DNA of 60,274 bases, the filler included, from Sphacelaria rigidula (taxonomy: Eukaryota), in NCBI GenBank assembly GCA_964200075.2. It is 8 parts of 8 records of this genome, joined end to end, with 100 filler letters (N's around TTAATTAATTAA, not from the genome) between each part and the next. Parts side by side here need not be neighbours in the genome. Positions count along the whole stretch, not along the records: positions 45,283 to 52,728 come from CAXNAA020014877.1; positions 52,829 to 60,274 come from CAXNAA020014878.1; 6 more parts are not named here. One strand, 5' to 3'. The notes beneath the pieces were generated by a model. The model was not told where the DNA came from, made no database searches, and saw nothing but the letters and a program-made list of their open reading frames with translations. Position 1 is the first letter of the stretch. Every line of letters begins with the position of its first letter. Below, piece after piece: positions 49,681 to 60,274 of the stretch. Made by a program: the position numbers and the translations under genes.

Positions 49681-51401
49681 CAAACTGGGCTTTGCGTCGC
49701 ACTTTTCGTGTGACACGGCCGCACCCCTTTAATCCAAGTGATACCAGAGACTCCAGTTATGGAAGTCGTGAGTTCGACTCCCCACAAGTTCTCGTTTTTT
49801 TCGTCCGTCGTCAAGGTCATACACGATGCAATACATTTTTCTTCTTTTTCTTCATTCAGCGGCGGTGCCGTGTATTATCAGATTGGTCTGCACTTTATAG
49901 CGATATGCTCAAGTCGCGCTGACTTGGAAAATTTGAGTAGTTGTGGCGTGGAAAGCGGATGTGAGATGAAATGCTGGCCCAGCTCGTATTGGCACTACGG
50001 GTATGCTGTGTAGTACGCCTTGTTTTCGTGCTTTTGTTGGCTTTGCTAAGCGTTGACTGTGGCCTGTAGACACTGTGGCCGCAAGTGTTAGATGAGTCCA
50101 AGATAAGATTCTCGGTTTGTTGCATGACGTTCAAACATACAGTACCCGGGGATACGTTTTGGAGCTTTCCTCGGTCCGAAAACCCATCACCAGGAGATGA
50201 TATATCGGGGCGTGCGCGGCGTGGTATTCGATGTGCCCCGGTACAGGGCCGTCGATGCCGGTATAATCCCAAGAGTGAGTCATCGGGAACTCGTCACCCT
50301 GTCGTCTTTTTCAAGCGGGGGGAGTGCACAAGGTGCGTGTGATACGCCGCAACCTTAGGCGTGTACCCCGTTTTAGCTGCATGCATCTTGCGGAAGACCA
50401 GTGAAAAGATTACTATTGAAATGGCGGAAGGGGCCGACCAGTCACACGCATGTGCTGCAAGCAGCACGGCAATATGTCACACTGCTTGTGTGGCTGGGCC
50501 TTCGCTCCATAGGTTCCTATTATTTCCTGATTCTTCATATTTTTTTTCAGATTGTTTTGGCCACTTTTTTTCCCGTTTTTGGCCTCTTTTTCTCTTTTGC
50601 TTCAATTTGTTTTTCAGCTCTTAGTATTTATCTGGCCTCTGAACGTTTTTTTGAAACCGAAACGTTTTTTCACCTACGCACTAGCCACCAGCTGGCAGCC
50701 GCCCCGCTGCTTCTATATATTTGTTAGTGGTATGTGGTATGGTGCGGGGCGTGTTGTCGTCTTGGAGGCAGGTAAGCAGGTAGGGAGGTGGGCAGCCCAG
50801 CGCACCGCCTTTAGCCAACTCTGCCTCCTGCATTTTGCCACAATACAGAACCTAACCCTGTACCCCTTAAGATGGTGTTCAGTTTGTCTCTGTTATGGCA
50901 GCGTGTCACGTGTGTGAGTGAGAGGGTTGAGGGTCTATTCAACCCCTGCGCTCCTCTATTTTATTATGATTATGATTTCAGCACATTAGCCCGATCTCTC
51001 GAACTCGTGGTAACTACTATTCCGTAGGCTTCAGCTGCAAAAGCCGATTTTGCAGTACCTCCACCCCTAATCCCCACAAGAGATAAAAACGCTGATTAAG
51101 CAGCATTTTTTCAGGCTCCAGAACAAACAAAAATAACAAGAGAGACGTCAACAAAGCATAGGGGAAACAACAACCTACATATATTAACAAACAAGGGGTA
51201 AGCGGCAGGAGGTCTGGTCTCGCAGAAATCGGCTCAAAAAAAAAAATCCGAAAAAAAAGTATCCCCGGGAAAAAAACAGGCTCCGCGGGGGAAAAAATGG
51301 CTTTGAAAAACAAAAAAAAATGGCGCGGAAATAAAAAAAAAGGTCGAAAAAGCTTAAAATGACTTTTTTGACTGAAGCCTTCGAAGCAAAGGCCTAGTGT
51401 G

Positions 51402-51676
51402 GCCATTATTATCGACCCTGTTTTTTCTCAGATCTCCGAAATTTCCTAGACTCTTCCGACTGTTGTTTTGAGAATTCTCCTAAAACGAAACCACTCGCTT
51501 TTTTTCCCGAAGCTTAATTTTTGGACAAGTCCGAAAATTCGGACTGCAACGCAGCACTTTGGACAGCTGCCCCGTGTGTACGCCGTGGTGCTCGCAAGCA
51601 TTCGAGAGTCATCGGGTACCTTGCCAACTCCGAAAATTTCGGAGATCTCCGAAAGAATAGCGTCGATAATGATGGG
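51402..51676. mobile_element. MITE-like element with imperfect TIRs of about 42 bp
   Basis: CCATTATTATCGACCCTG...AGATCTCCGAAATTT pairs with AAATTTCGGAGATCT...TAGCGTCGATAATGATGG. Confidence 0.7.
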
Positions 51677-51935
51677 TATCAATCATACCGGTGACTTGTC
51701 GTTCTGACTCACGTCACGCCCTCCCCTCACAGCATAAAGGGTAGTAGATGCGACAGGGAAATGAACCAGGCTTCAAATTACACCTTTCGGGATATTTATT
51801 TCTCCTCGTCCATTGCGGTTCTCCCTTGACCGATTGAGCGTAGTCCGGCGAAAACCCGTCGTGCTCCTTCCCGACTTCGTAGGGATGCGATGTCAATGGT
51901 CTTATGACCACGGCATGCAAGATCACACACGAGGC

Positions 51936-52297
51936 CATTTGGCTCCCTCCAAAATTCCTCGAGGTGGGTAAACTTTTCGAGCCTCCAGAGGAATTAAACG
52001 CCACCGGAGGGGTGCGCGGCCCTCCAGAGGACGCTTTTCGATTTCCTCCAGAGAGATGAAACGCCTCCGGAGGCTTATTTTTGCCTCTGGAGGGCCGCGC
52101 ATACCCCCAAATTCCTCCGGAGGCTTATTTTTGCCTCTGGAGGGCCGCGCATACCCCCAAATTCCTCCGGAGGGGTGCGCGGCCCTCCGGGTCGGTAGAG
52201 TTTGGTTGTTTCCGGAGGGATTGAAGGCCTCCGGAGGCTTTTTTCCCCCCTGGAGGGTCACGCATCCCTCCGGAGGCATTCTGGGGTGTAGCCAAAT
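51936..52297. mobile_element. MITE-like element built from CCTCCGGAGG palindromes, with an exact 50-bp tandem duplication
   Basis: Inverted ends CATTTGGCT / AGCCAAATG; many CCTC(C/T)(A/G)GAGG motifs; 50-bp unit repeated at 52064 and 52114. Confidence 0.65.
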
Positions 52298-52390
52298 GAC
52301 CGCATGTGCATGAGTACACCGATCGACCCTGCCCTGTCTCTCCCCTCGCTCCCAAATCCCTTCCTTCTCGTACTGTTTTTTTTACATCAG

Positions 52391-52585
52391 GTCGGATGCG
52401 ATGACGATTTCATCGGACCTACTTCGACGACGACAAGAGAGCAAGCGGCAAAAAGCATTCCCGATTTTCGTTTGTGTGCTAGTCTCGTGGGGCACACGGG
52501 AGACGTGAGGAGCTTGGCCACCGGCGCGCGATACTTGTACAGCGGGGCACGTGACAGCACGGTCAAAGCATGGGAGCTGGATGAG
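52391..52585 (+). CDS. Internal exon encoding a WD40 repeat, similar to the first repeat of PLAA/Doa1/Ufd3
   Basis: Polypyrimidine tract plus CAG acceptor and GAG|GT donor; 195 nt, phase 0-0; FRLCASLVGHTGDVRSL...LYSGARDSTVKAWE. Confidence 0.8.
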
Positions 52586-52828
52586 GTGCGATAGGCAACT
52601 ACTGTATCGTCGCTCTTTGTTTCCTCACCACCTCAGATTTGTATCATTTTTACAAGGGCAGGTCGAGTAGAGTATACTCAATTGCGGGGTATTTTGAAAG
52701 TCGTACTTAGAGTACACGAAGTGGGGGTNNNNNNNNNNNNNNNNNNNNNNNNNNNNNNNNNNNNNNNNNNNNTTAATTAATTAANNNNNNNNNNNNNNNN
52801 NNNNNNNNNNNNNNNNNNNNNNNNNNNN

Positions 52829-55800
52829 TGGCTCCCACAGTACCCTACCCCGGGGCGTTGTCACCGCGACGCGGCCATCAGGGGTTACACCCAGCTCGGC
52901 GTTCCGGATATCCCGGCCTGTGCTGTCCACCATGGAGAAGTAGGTCCGCCAGTATCCGGTGGGCCTCGGTGACCGGAAGGTCGTCTCTGTCCTGGGGTGC
53001 TCTCCGTTGTAAAAGAAGCCGGACAGCCTCTTCCTTGTTTGCGGTGTTTTTCGGGTTACCGACACCCGCCCCCGGTGCACCATCATCTGTATGTTAGTGT
53101 GTTTGTAGGGGTAAGGGTAGGAGCGGGATCGGTTGACGTGGATGAGAATATGATGTACGGGCGTGACATGTGAAGAAATGGGCGCTTGTTTCATGTACAC
53201 CTCCTGCCTCATCGGCAGTGCGACACAGAGAGCACGGATACGAGTGAAAGTGGAAGTTCACAAGTCCTGAACGCGTGAAGTACCTCAGGAAGCAGCCATG
53301 ACCGTGCCTAACGCCCATCTCCGCATGGCAATGTACCAATGAACTGATTCAACCATCTAAATGTATCTACCCACCAATTTCCAAAGCTTAGGATTCGCTC
53401 TGTGTATAGTTTCACGCCGGCACCAAGCCTGTACGTTCAGGCCAGCTCATCGTGCTCTTACCGTGATGTTCAAGCTGAAATACTCTCACCTCAGTGGACG
53501 ACTCCTCCTTGGATACACCGTTTTCTTCCGCCCTAGCTGCCCCTCCTCGATCGGCACCGTCCTGTGCGGGCGAAACCTCGTCGTCGCCACGTTGCTTCCC
53601 CTTCGCAGGCGTCTCAACTTCCTTGCCGAACTTCCTCCAATACCAGCCCTTCTTCTCCTGCGCTGTCTCCTCCCAAGCGACACTCTGGGGGTCCTCGCTG
53701 GGCTCATAACCGCGGTTCACACGCAAGGAGCCGTGCTCCGTCGCAGATACACACAGTCCATCGCTAACAATAGAGTCTGCCGACCGGTACGCGGTTCGCG
53801 CGAGCATGTGGGAAATATCGTCGCTGCTGGCGGAGCAGGCGCACGAGAGAATCTCATTCCCCCGGAGGGGTGGGTCGTGGGGGCTCAGGATGCTGGAGGA
53901 TCGTCGCCAGTTGCCCTGCCAAAATTCCACAAGGTGGTGGAAATAGGTGTTCATGAACACACGTATCGAGTGTGGCGTTCAAAGCAGAGGAAGGAGAGTT
54001 TTCTCAGAACGACAAAATAATCAAGTCGACAAACCAAAATTGCGATAGGGTAGAACTGGGGCAGAAGACCAATATACACGCCAAGAACCACTAGCATACA
54101 GCAAAAATCAAAACACTGCATGCTGATGCCGACTACAAATCACAACAAAATACGCGGCAACATACACTCACTGCAACGTGAAGGCGAGTAGTTCGGAATA
54201 CTACTCGAAACGACATATATATTCTACAGCCGAGGCGTCACGGCGGCATTTGATTCGCGTTTTAGCCTCATCCCATCCAATTCAATGCGCTCACCCGTTC
54301 CTGGGATCCGCGGCCGTCCACTGGCTCTCCGTTCCGGAATGTTTGATCTGACTTCCGTTGAAGGGCAGGCTGCGGTAGGATTGGGAGAAAAACCATAGCG
54401 TCTTAGTTCTGGTCGAGCCGCCCTTTTCTCTGGATTCCTTTCCATCGAGAACGCTTTGTATCATGTTGGCCCCACCTAGCGAAGCTATCCATGGCATTCA
54501 GTCTTCAGGAGCCAAAGGCAAAATGCACTGGGAATGACGTACTTACACGTGGAAATATGTTTACAGAGATACATCTATCGCGAATCGAATTTTCAGTGTT
54601 TTACGATGGCACCAACAAGAGCACGGTAACGCAATTTAGTGATAAAACAGACCGGACGCATCGTGTTTCATGTCTAGCGTTGCGACAGGCATATAATCAG
54701 CATGCTATGAGCGCGCCAGAGTCAGTACTCTCTGTGGTGAAGCCATGTGAGTGTAGAGATCTGCATAATGTTAATTCTATTGTGTCAGCAATGAGTGCTG
54801 GGGTACGGGAAATTCATCAACAATAAATACCAGGTGAGCTTTACAGCAAGCCAAGTCAGATGGGCAATACGTTTCCGGAAAATGTTACATGAAAGAAAAA
54901 AAAAACTGGAAATAACTTCAGCGCTAGATTTCTGCGCAGCATATAGTCAGTCTTGAATTGTCCTATTCCTTGGCCTTTTTTTCGGAGAGGGAGATTTTTT
55001 CACCGGCCGGAAAAAAAGTGGGAAAGTCGGGAAAGAACAGCTTCATCAATAACAACGACCCTACCTCATGGCTTTGACCCATATGCTACACATTTTGAAT
55101 CGCACCGCAATGTGTAACACCGTTCCCTCGAGCGTCAAACATCGTCAATGTCATCCACAAAACTAGCGGAATCACATCTCCACTGAAATGCAGCTTCGGA
55201 GCAGTACGTGCACCAGGCTGCGTGAGTCGCGCAGCCATTCTAATTTTTGGGGCCGCATACATTTTCCGAACCGAGACGGAAACTTGTATGACGCTGAGAA
55301 AATTGAGACGCAGATTGAAGACACAGGTAAACACACAAACAAACACAAATACAACAGAAGCCGTGTACGGAAACGTTACAAAAGCGGAAAACAGTCACAC
55401 AGACGTCTCCTTGTTTCTCATAGTCCGGCGCGGCTCTCGTGGACAAGACATGAGCCCGTTCCGGCACTGTGTAACAATGAACGACTGCAATCGATCGGAG
55501 TTGGACACATGCAGGAGGTGTATCGCTTATTCGTAGGGTAGGCCTTACCCCCGGTCTCGTCGGCACGCCCTCCATCAATTGGAGTAACACCTGCTCCAGA
55601 TCATCCTCATGCCGTGCACCGAGTGGCGCTTCTTCGTATGTCCCAGGCGTGACGATCGTTGTGCCGGGAATGGAGACCCCGGGTGAGCGAGCATCGCCTG
55701 TGGTGTAGACACAGGTTACGGTTTTACAACAGAAATATCTCCCGCTGGTGAGGCATCATGTGGTCGAATTCAAATCGGTTCTTGCAGTCATATATGCCAG

Positions 55801-56902
55801 TCTCAAATATTAACAGCCCTCGACGGCTATGAAATATATGTATGCGAAGTATGTTGGTAGTGTCATCATGCGGTCGACGTGCGACACATACAACCAATAC
55901 TCACTTTTAGGCAGCTATACTACAACCCGGGCAATAAACTTGTTTGAAACATTGGGGTTCAGCTGTGGTGAAAAGATATAGGCGTGCTCGAGCTAAGCAA
56001 AACGAAAACACTACTGCTGTAGCTCCACAGTAGGTAACGAAAAGATCCCAGGGAGGAGAAATATATAGACAAAGACAGAACGAACGACGTAATCCAATAT
56101 AACACCAAACAGATGAAACGGTGAAGGGAAAGCGAGGGTAGAGAGGGGGTTAAGAAGAAAACCGATCCCGATGACACCAAGGAATAGATGACAATAAAAT
56201 GGCCGGCCCCTACAGCATGACTTAATCAAGTTGAAACTAGCTGTGCGTGGAAATTGGACAAAACCATTTAACTCAGGCACACAACAAGCAGACAACACAG
56301 AACGAAACGAAAGTGCTGTGGGAGAAGGGTACGGCTTAGCTCTTTGCTAGGTCCCCCAATGTTTGGGCATGCAAATCTCACCCACCTACAAGCTATGAAC
56401 TGCAGGAACGCGATACAAACACCGCTACCGTTGTTTTTTTTCCTCACACTTTGAGCCCCGCCCCTTTCTCAGGATGAGTCCGTGGTCTCAAGGGTTCAAC
56501 CCATCTCTCCCCCGGTACGTGCCTGTCATTTTGGTCTCGCGGATAGGGTCAGCCCGCCCTCGCCGCGTCAATTTACTTCACACAAGCCTAGTCAACTACT
56601 TTGTTTACTCACGTTCTCACGCTTTCCACCGTGGAAATCATACATCACGAAAAAAGCACAACGCATGGGGAATCGAACCCCCGTTCTCTCCACCCTGATG
56701 GCGACAGCCGGACCGTTACACCACCGGGACGCGGCAGTATAAAATTAAGAGAAGAAACACCACAATGAATACGGATGCGTATACTATGACTACAAAAAGA
56801 CGATGCGATACTTACCGTTCGAATCAGCATCCCACTCGTCGAAGTCATACGACACGTAAAAGCTGGCAGCCTCTGTTGCCCACCCGTCCAGGTCGAAGGC
56901 AT
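52829..56902 (-). CDS. Multi-exon gene of unknown function, partial at both ends; exons 56816-56902, 55549-55697, 54295-54475 (less certain), 53490-53915 and 52829-53086
   Basis: Canonical AG/GT boundaries with compatible phases (56816 to 55697 phase 1; 53490 to 53086 phase 0); ACTAAC branch site before 53086; stop-free protein-like translations. Confidence 0.7.
56430..56732 (-). mobile_element. tRNA-derived SINE within an intron
   Basis: Minus strand has A box TGGTGTAACGG, B box GGTTCGATTCC and a T-run; shares body blocks with 35709-35918. Confidence 0.8.
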
Positions 56903-57149
56903 CTACAATAGGAAGCCCCTCGGGTGCATCCAGCCCGTCAAGAGTGACGTCAGCCGAGTTGTCGTCATCTCCTGTTTGTCGAGTGAGTTTTATGCAGGAC
57001 GATCAATTAGGCACGAAAGCCGGAAACAATCAATGAATGTATACTCACTCGCATTTCAACTTCCCACAAGACATACCCATTGTTGTTGGTATTAATTAAT
57101 TGCTTGTCGCGAATCATCTGTTTTTTTACTGATCCCCGATGGATCCAGC

Positions 57150-57405
57150 CGCGGACACTTTCTACGATAGCCTCCCCCCCAAACCAGCTAAAAATGTGAC
57201 GAAAAAAATGGTCATACAGCGCCTGATTTTCGGGTCCAGGCTGGATGAAGCGCCTCATATTGGCGACATTGGCTAGAACGAACCCAAGCGTGGAAATTCC
57301 CAGCTTCTCGTTATACTCGGCTTTTCCTATTTCGATCTGCGTGAATGTTTTGGCTCCCAAAACCATGCACTTCTTTGGGGGGGGCTATCGTAGAAAGTGT
57401 CCGCG
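57150..57405. mobile_element. MITE of 256 bp with perfect 23-bp TIRs
   Basis: CGCGGACACTTTCTACGATAGCC at 57150-57172 and its exact reverse complement at 57383-57405. Confidence 0.9.
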
Positions 57406-57859
57406 ATAATGAGCACTATCCACAGGATAAACGTACCCATTATTTGGAAACGAACGCCGAAGCAAACTCCAGAGAGGGAGGAGACGAGGAAATAAACGGA
57501 GATATAATAGACGGAGTAAATTAGACAAAAACGAGAGAAGGAAAAAAGCAGAAGAACAAAATAAGAGAAGAAAAGAAGCGGAAAGTAAAGTGAAGTAGAG
57601 GAGGAACGGAAGGGAATTGAAATGAATGGAGAGCAAGAACACGAAAAAGCGGCCTCGGCGAAAATAAAAAATATTTTACAATGAAAAAAGCGAACAGAGA
57701 AGAACTCGAACCGAAAGCGGCAAGAAACAGCGAAGAACATGGGGTAAAAAAAATGGGGATGGATTTTCACGAGGATACGGGAACGAGCGAGATAAAGAAC
57801 GGAAAGGAAGAAAAATATTATGGGGACACAAGAAGATGGCCACGCAAAGAAAGCGTATA

Positions 57860-57952
57860 CGAGCTGGGCCGGCCTAGATAGATGCGGATTCAAGCTCTCG
57901 AACAAAGCAATATCTCATCGACACAGACAAACGAGTTCGGCCGTGATCTGCA

Positions 57953-57986
<34 letters not shown>

Positions 57987-58364
57987 GACTAATATCGTAT
58001 CATCAATCGCCTGATCAAGAGGAAGGTGGTCATCTGCTAGAAATCTAGGCCATTTTTCTCTCGTTGGTTTAAGCCCATGCCTAGTAATTCCTATACCGTA
58101 CCGAGATAGCGTCCATACTAAAGTCTATATGAAACCCCGAACGATTCGTACAGCGGATGATGACGAGTTTTGGCGTAAACATTCCCTCGAGCACGGGGAG
58201 ACGATCGATACCCTCATCTTTGCCTAATTCGCCATCTATCTCGAGATATGGCGCACACAAGGTTCTATACCAAAATCAATATATTACGAGCAGAGGCACC
58301 AAAATAAAGACACTAAATCTGGATATCGCGTCTCAGTTTTTGAGAGTTGTGCTTTGATAATTTT
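57860..58364 (+). mobile_element. Non-autonomous DNA transposon fragment with a TA-flanked terminus; contains a (TC)n(TA)n microsatellite
   Basis: TA|CGAGCTGGGCCGGCCTAG terminus; homologous to 23200-23628 and 36690-37040. Confidence 0.75.
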
Positions 58365-58365
58365 A

Positions 58366-58441
58366 CAAGGGTCGGACAAACAATGATTCGTATGAAAACT
58401 ACTTGGTTTAGTATGATGAGGCTACTCGTGACGAATTAATC
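58366..58441 (+). repeat. Interspersed repeat also found at 14918-14994
   Basis: CAAGGGTCGGACAAACA.TGATTCGT...TACTTGGTTT...ACTCGTGACGAAT.AATC in both pieces. Confidence 0.75.
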
Positions 58442-58452
58442 CCCAGTATACC

Positions 58453-59085
58453 ACATATTCTGGAACAACTGTCCATTTACGCCTATTTGACCCTAAAAGC
58501 GGTATCGCTATTATAGCATCGCGATAGAAAGAAGGACAAAATTCTCTATCGCGATGCTATCGCGACGGACAGAAATGGCCATGGTTAGCATCGCGATAGC
58601 ATCGCGATAGAGGGGAATTGCTTTTCTTCTATCGCCATACTATCGCAATAGAAAAAAAGTCATTCCCCTCCATCGCGATGCTATTGCGATACCATCGTTT
58701 ACGACCAGAGAAAATCAAATCAAGGTAAATCGTCTGCTCCTACATACTTCCTCGTGAAAATGTTGACTGTCGCCCAAGTGTTGCCAGTGGTCGTTGCAAG
58801 AAATTGTGTGATCCTGTGGCAGCATTGTCGCGAGAAGGGGTCCGTGCCCCCAGGGTCCTCGCGTGAAGAGACCCGTACCCCCAATTATGGTTAAAATTTT
58901 ATAATAATATGTATAAAAGCCGTTCAGGCCCCTTCAAAAAGCCGTTCAGATCCCTTCTCGCCAGTTTGAGAGAGTAGATTAGGTGTATCGTGATAGTATA
59001 TCGCGATAAAAAAATGCAATTACTCTCTATCGCGATACCATCGCGATAGAAAAATTTAGCCTGAAGGGACCGTTCCAGAATATGT
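58453..59085. mobile_element. TIR element with reiterated ATCGCGAT palindromes
   Basis: 14-bp inverted ends ACATATTCTGGAAC / GTTCCAGAATATGT; (T)ATCGCGAT(A) motifs clustered near both ends. Confidence 0.65.
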
Positions 59086-59439
59086 AGGGGTCTTTCAATC
59101 CCTAGGCTTTATTTCAGCGTTACAACCCAGGTACACGCAGCCCAGGGACGTGGAGTGGCGCAAAAGTTGTGTATATACCCCTTGGACCAGCGATCAACTC
59201 TTTTCTCTCTTTTTGGGCAATCAGGCCGAAGAAATCGCGAGTTTGGTGATTTTGAGTCGTGATGATTTGTCCCAACCGTGAAATTGTATGAGGAGAATCG
59301 CTACTAGTAGTAGTGCATAATAATGAAGTAATATATGTGTTTTTTCCCTTCATATTTCAATTATTTCTTATTTTTCGGTTCTTTAGGGGAGTTTCAAGGG
59401 AATCTAGAGAATGCTCTCGGACCTCATCTCAATTTTTCA

Positions 59440-59905
59440 GCTCAATTTAAAGAATTGGAAAATTTCAATACACAAGTACCAAACATGAGCCGGTGAGCGG
59501 CCTGCAAAATACTGTTCTGAATTTTTACAAGCCCGGTTGATAAAGGGCCCATTAGCAATAATAATTGAATACTTTAAAGTTGGACCCTAAAGTTTGGTAG
59601 GAACAATCAGGAGGGCATAATAAAAAAGAGAATGCATGGTGCCAGAAATTATTCTTCATGAGTTATAGGCAATGATCAGTTTTCAGGTTCCACTAAAATG
59701 CCGGTTCACCATGAAAAATAATCTTCGGGCCCACGCATACCTTTGTTTATTACTCGTATATGCCATGCCCCATGGATTGCCGATACAAAATTTTAGGGTC
59801 TAACGCTAAGTAGTAAATACATTGTGGATGAGCCTACAAACTCTAACTCCGCCTCAAGGCTGGCGGCCCAGCTTGTTCATAGGACTCCAAATTTGAAAAT
59901 CGATG
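59440..59905. repeat. Old, diverged foldback element
   Basis: GTTGGACCCTAAAGTTTGGTA pairs with TACAAAATTTTAGGGTCTAAC; further patchy complementarity outward and inward. Confidence 0.55.
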
Positions 59906-60208
59906 GATGTTTCCTGGGGTGGTGATATCCGCGGTATACTGTGTGCCGCTCTAAACTATCATTAGGGCCGTACTCCAGTGGAAGTGGGCGTCCATGGTAC
60001 AGCGTGTTAAGAGTACATACAATCACTGAGCTAGCAGTCGGCAGGGCTGACTGTTAGCTCGGTGATTATTTTGTATATTTCCAACAAAAGTACAATCCCT
60101 GTTACGAGTACACTCGAGGATCGCTCAGCCGTTAGGCTGGAAGACCTTGTGTCTCCCCCCCACCAGGGCTATCATCCCTGTAATCAGCGCCACTCCACAT
60201 GCCCGGTA

Positions 60209-60274
<66 letters not shown>
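60209..60274. repeat. (TGT)22 microsatellite at the scaffold end
   Basis: Perfect trinucleotide run. Confidence 0.97.

Noticed and set aside
57327..57905. Hydrophobic Phe-rich ORF suggesting a membrane protein (similarly 33908-34201 and 51017-51406)
   Set aside because: Produced by T-rich low-complexity sequence and repeats.
60209..60274. Telomere at the window end
   Set aside because: It is a (TGT)n microsatellite, not a TTAGGG-type repeat; a similar tract forms the SINE tail at 35711.

Overview
Repeat-rich eukaryotic nuclear DNA, most likely a stramenopile and probably a brown alga. That assignment is an inference from the style of the retroelements and SINEs and from the long GT-AG introns. 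The window is not one locus. It is eight unrelated pieces (six of 7447 bp, then two of 7446 bp) joined by identical 100-bp artificial spacers (44 N + TTAATTAATTAA + 44 N), as expected from length-sorted draft scaffolds, so nothing can be inferred from adjacency across spacers. Piece 1 holds a near full-length but inactivated Ty1/copia LTR retrotransposon. Piece 2 has an orphan single-exon ORF. Piece 3 has a decayed, possibly KDZ-type transposase. Piece 4 has the first exon of a glucosidase II beta (PRKCSH-like) gene. Piece 5 has a Ty3/gypsy integrase remnant. Piece 6 has a CRISPR-looking tandem array beside a putative PPT/LTR. Piece 7 has a WD40 exon resembling PLAA/Doa1. Piece 8 has a multi-exon gene of unknown function. 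Many tRNA-derived SINEs, MITEs and foldback elements are scattered throughout, several shared between pieces. I found no convincing novel multi-gene system. The best leads are the KDZ-like remnant, the conserved-core tandem array, the modular SINE family and the unknown multi-exon gene.
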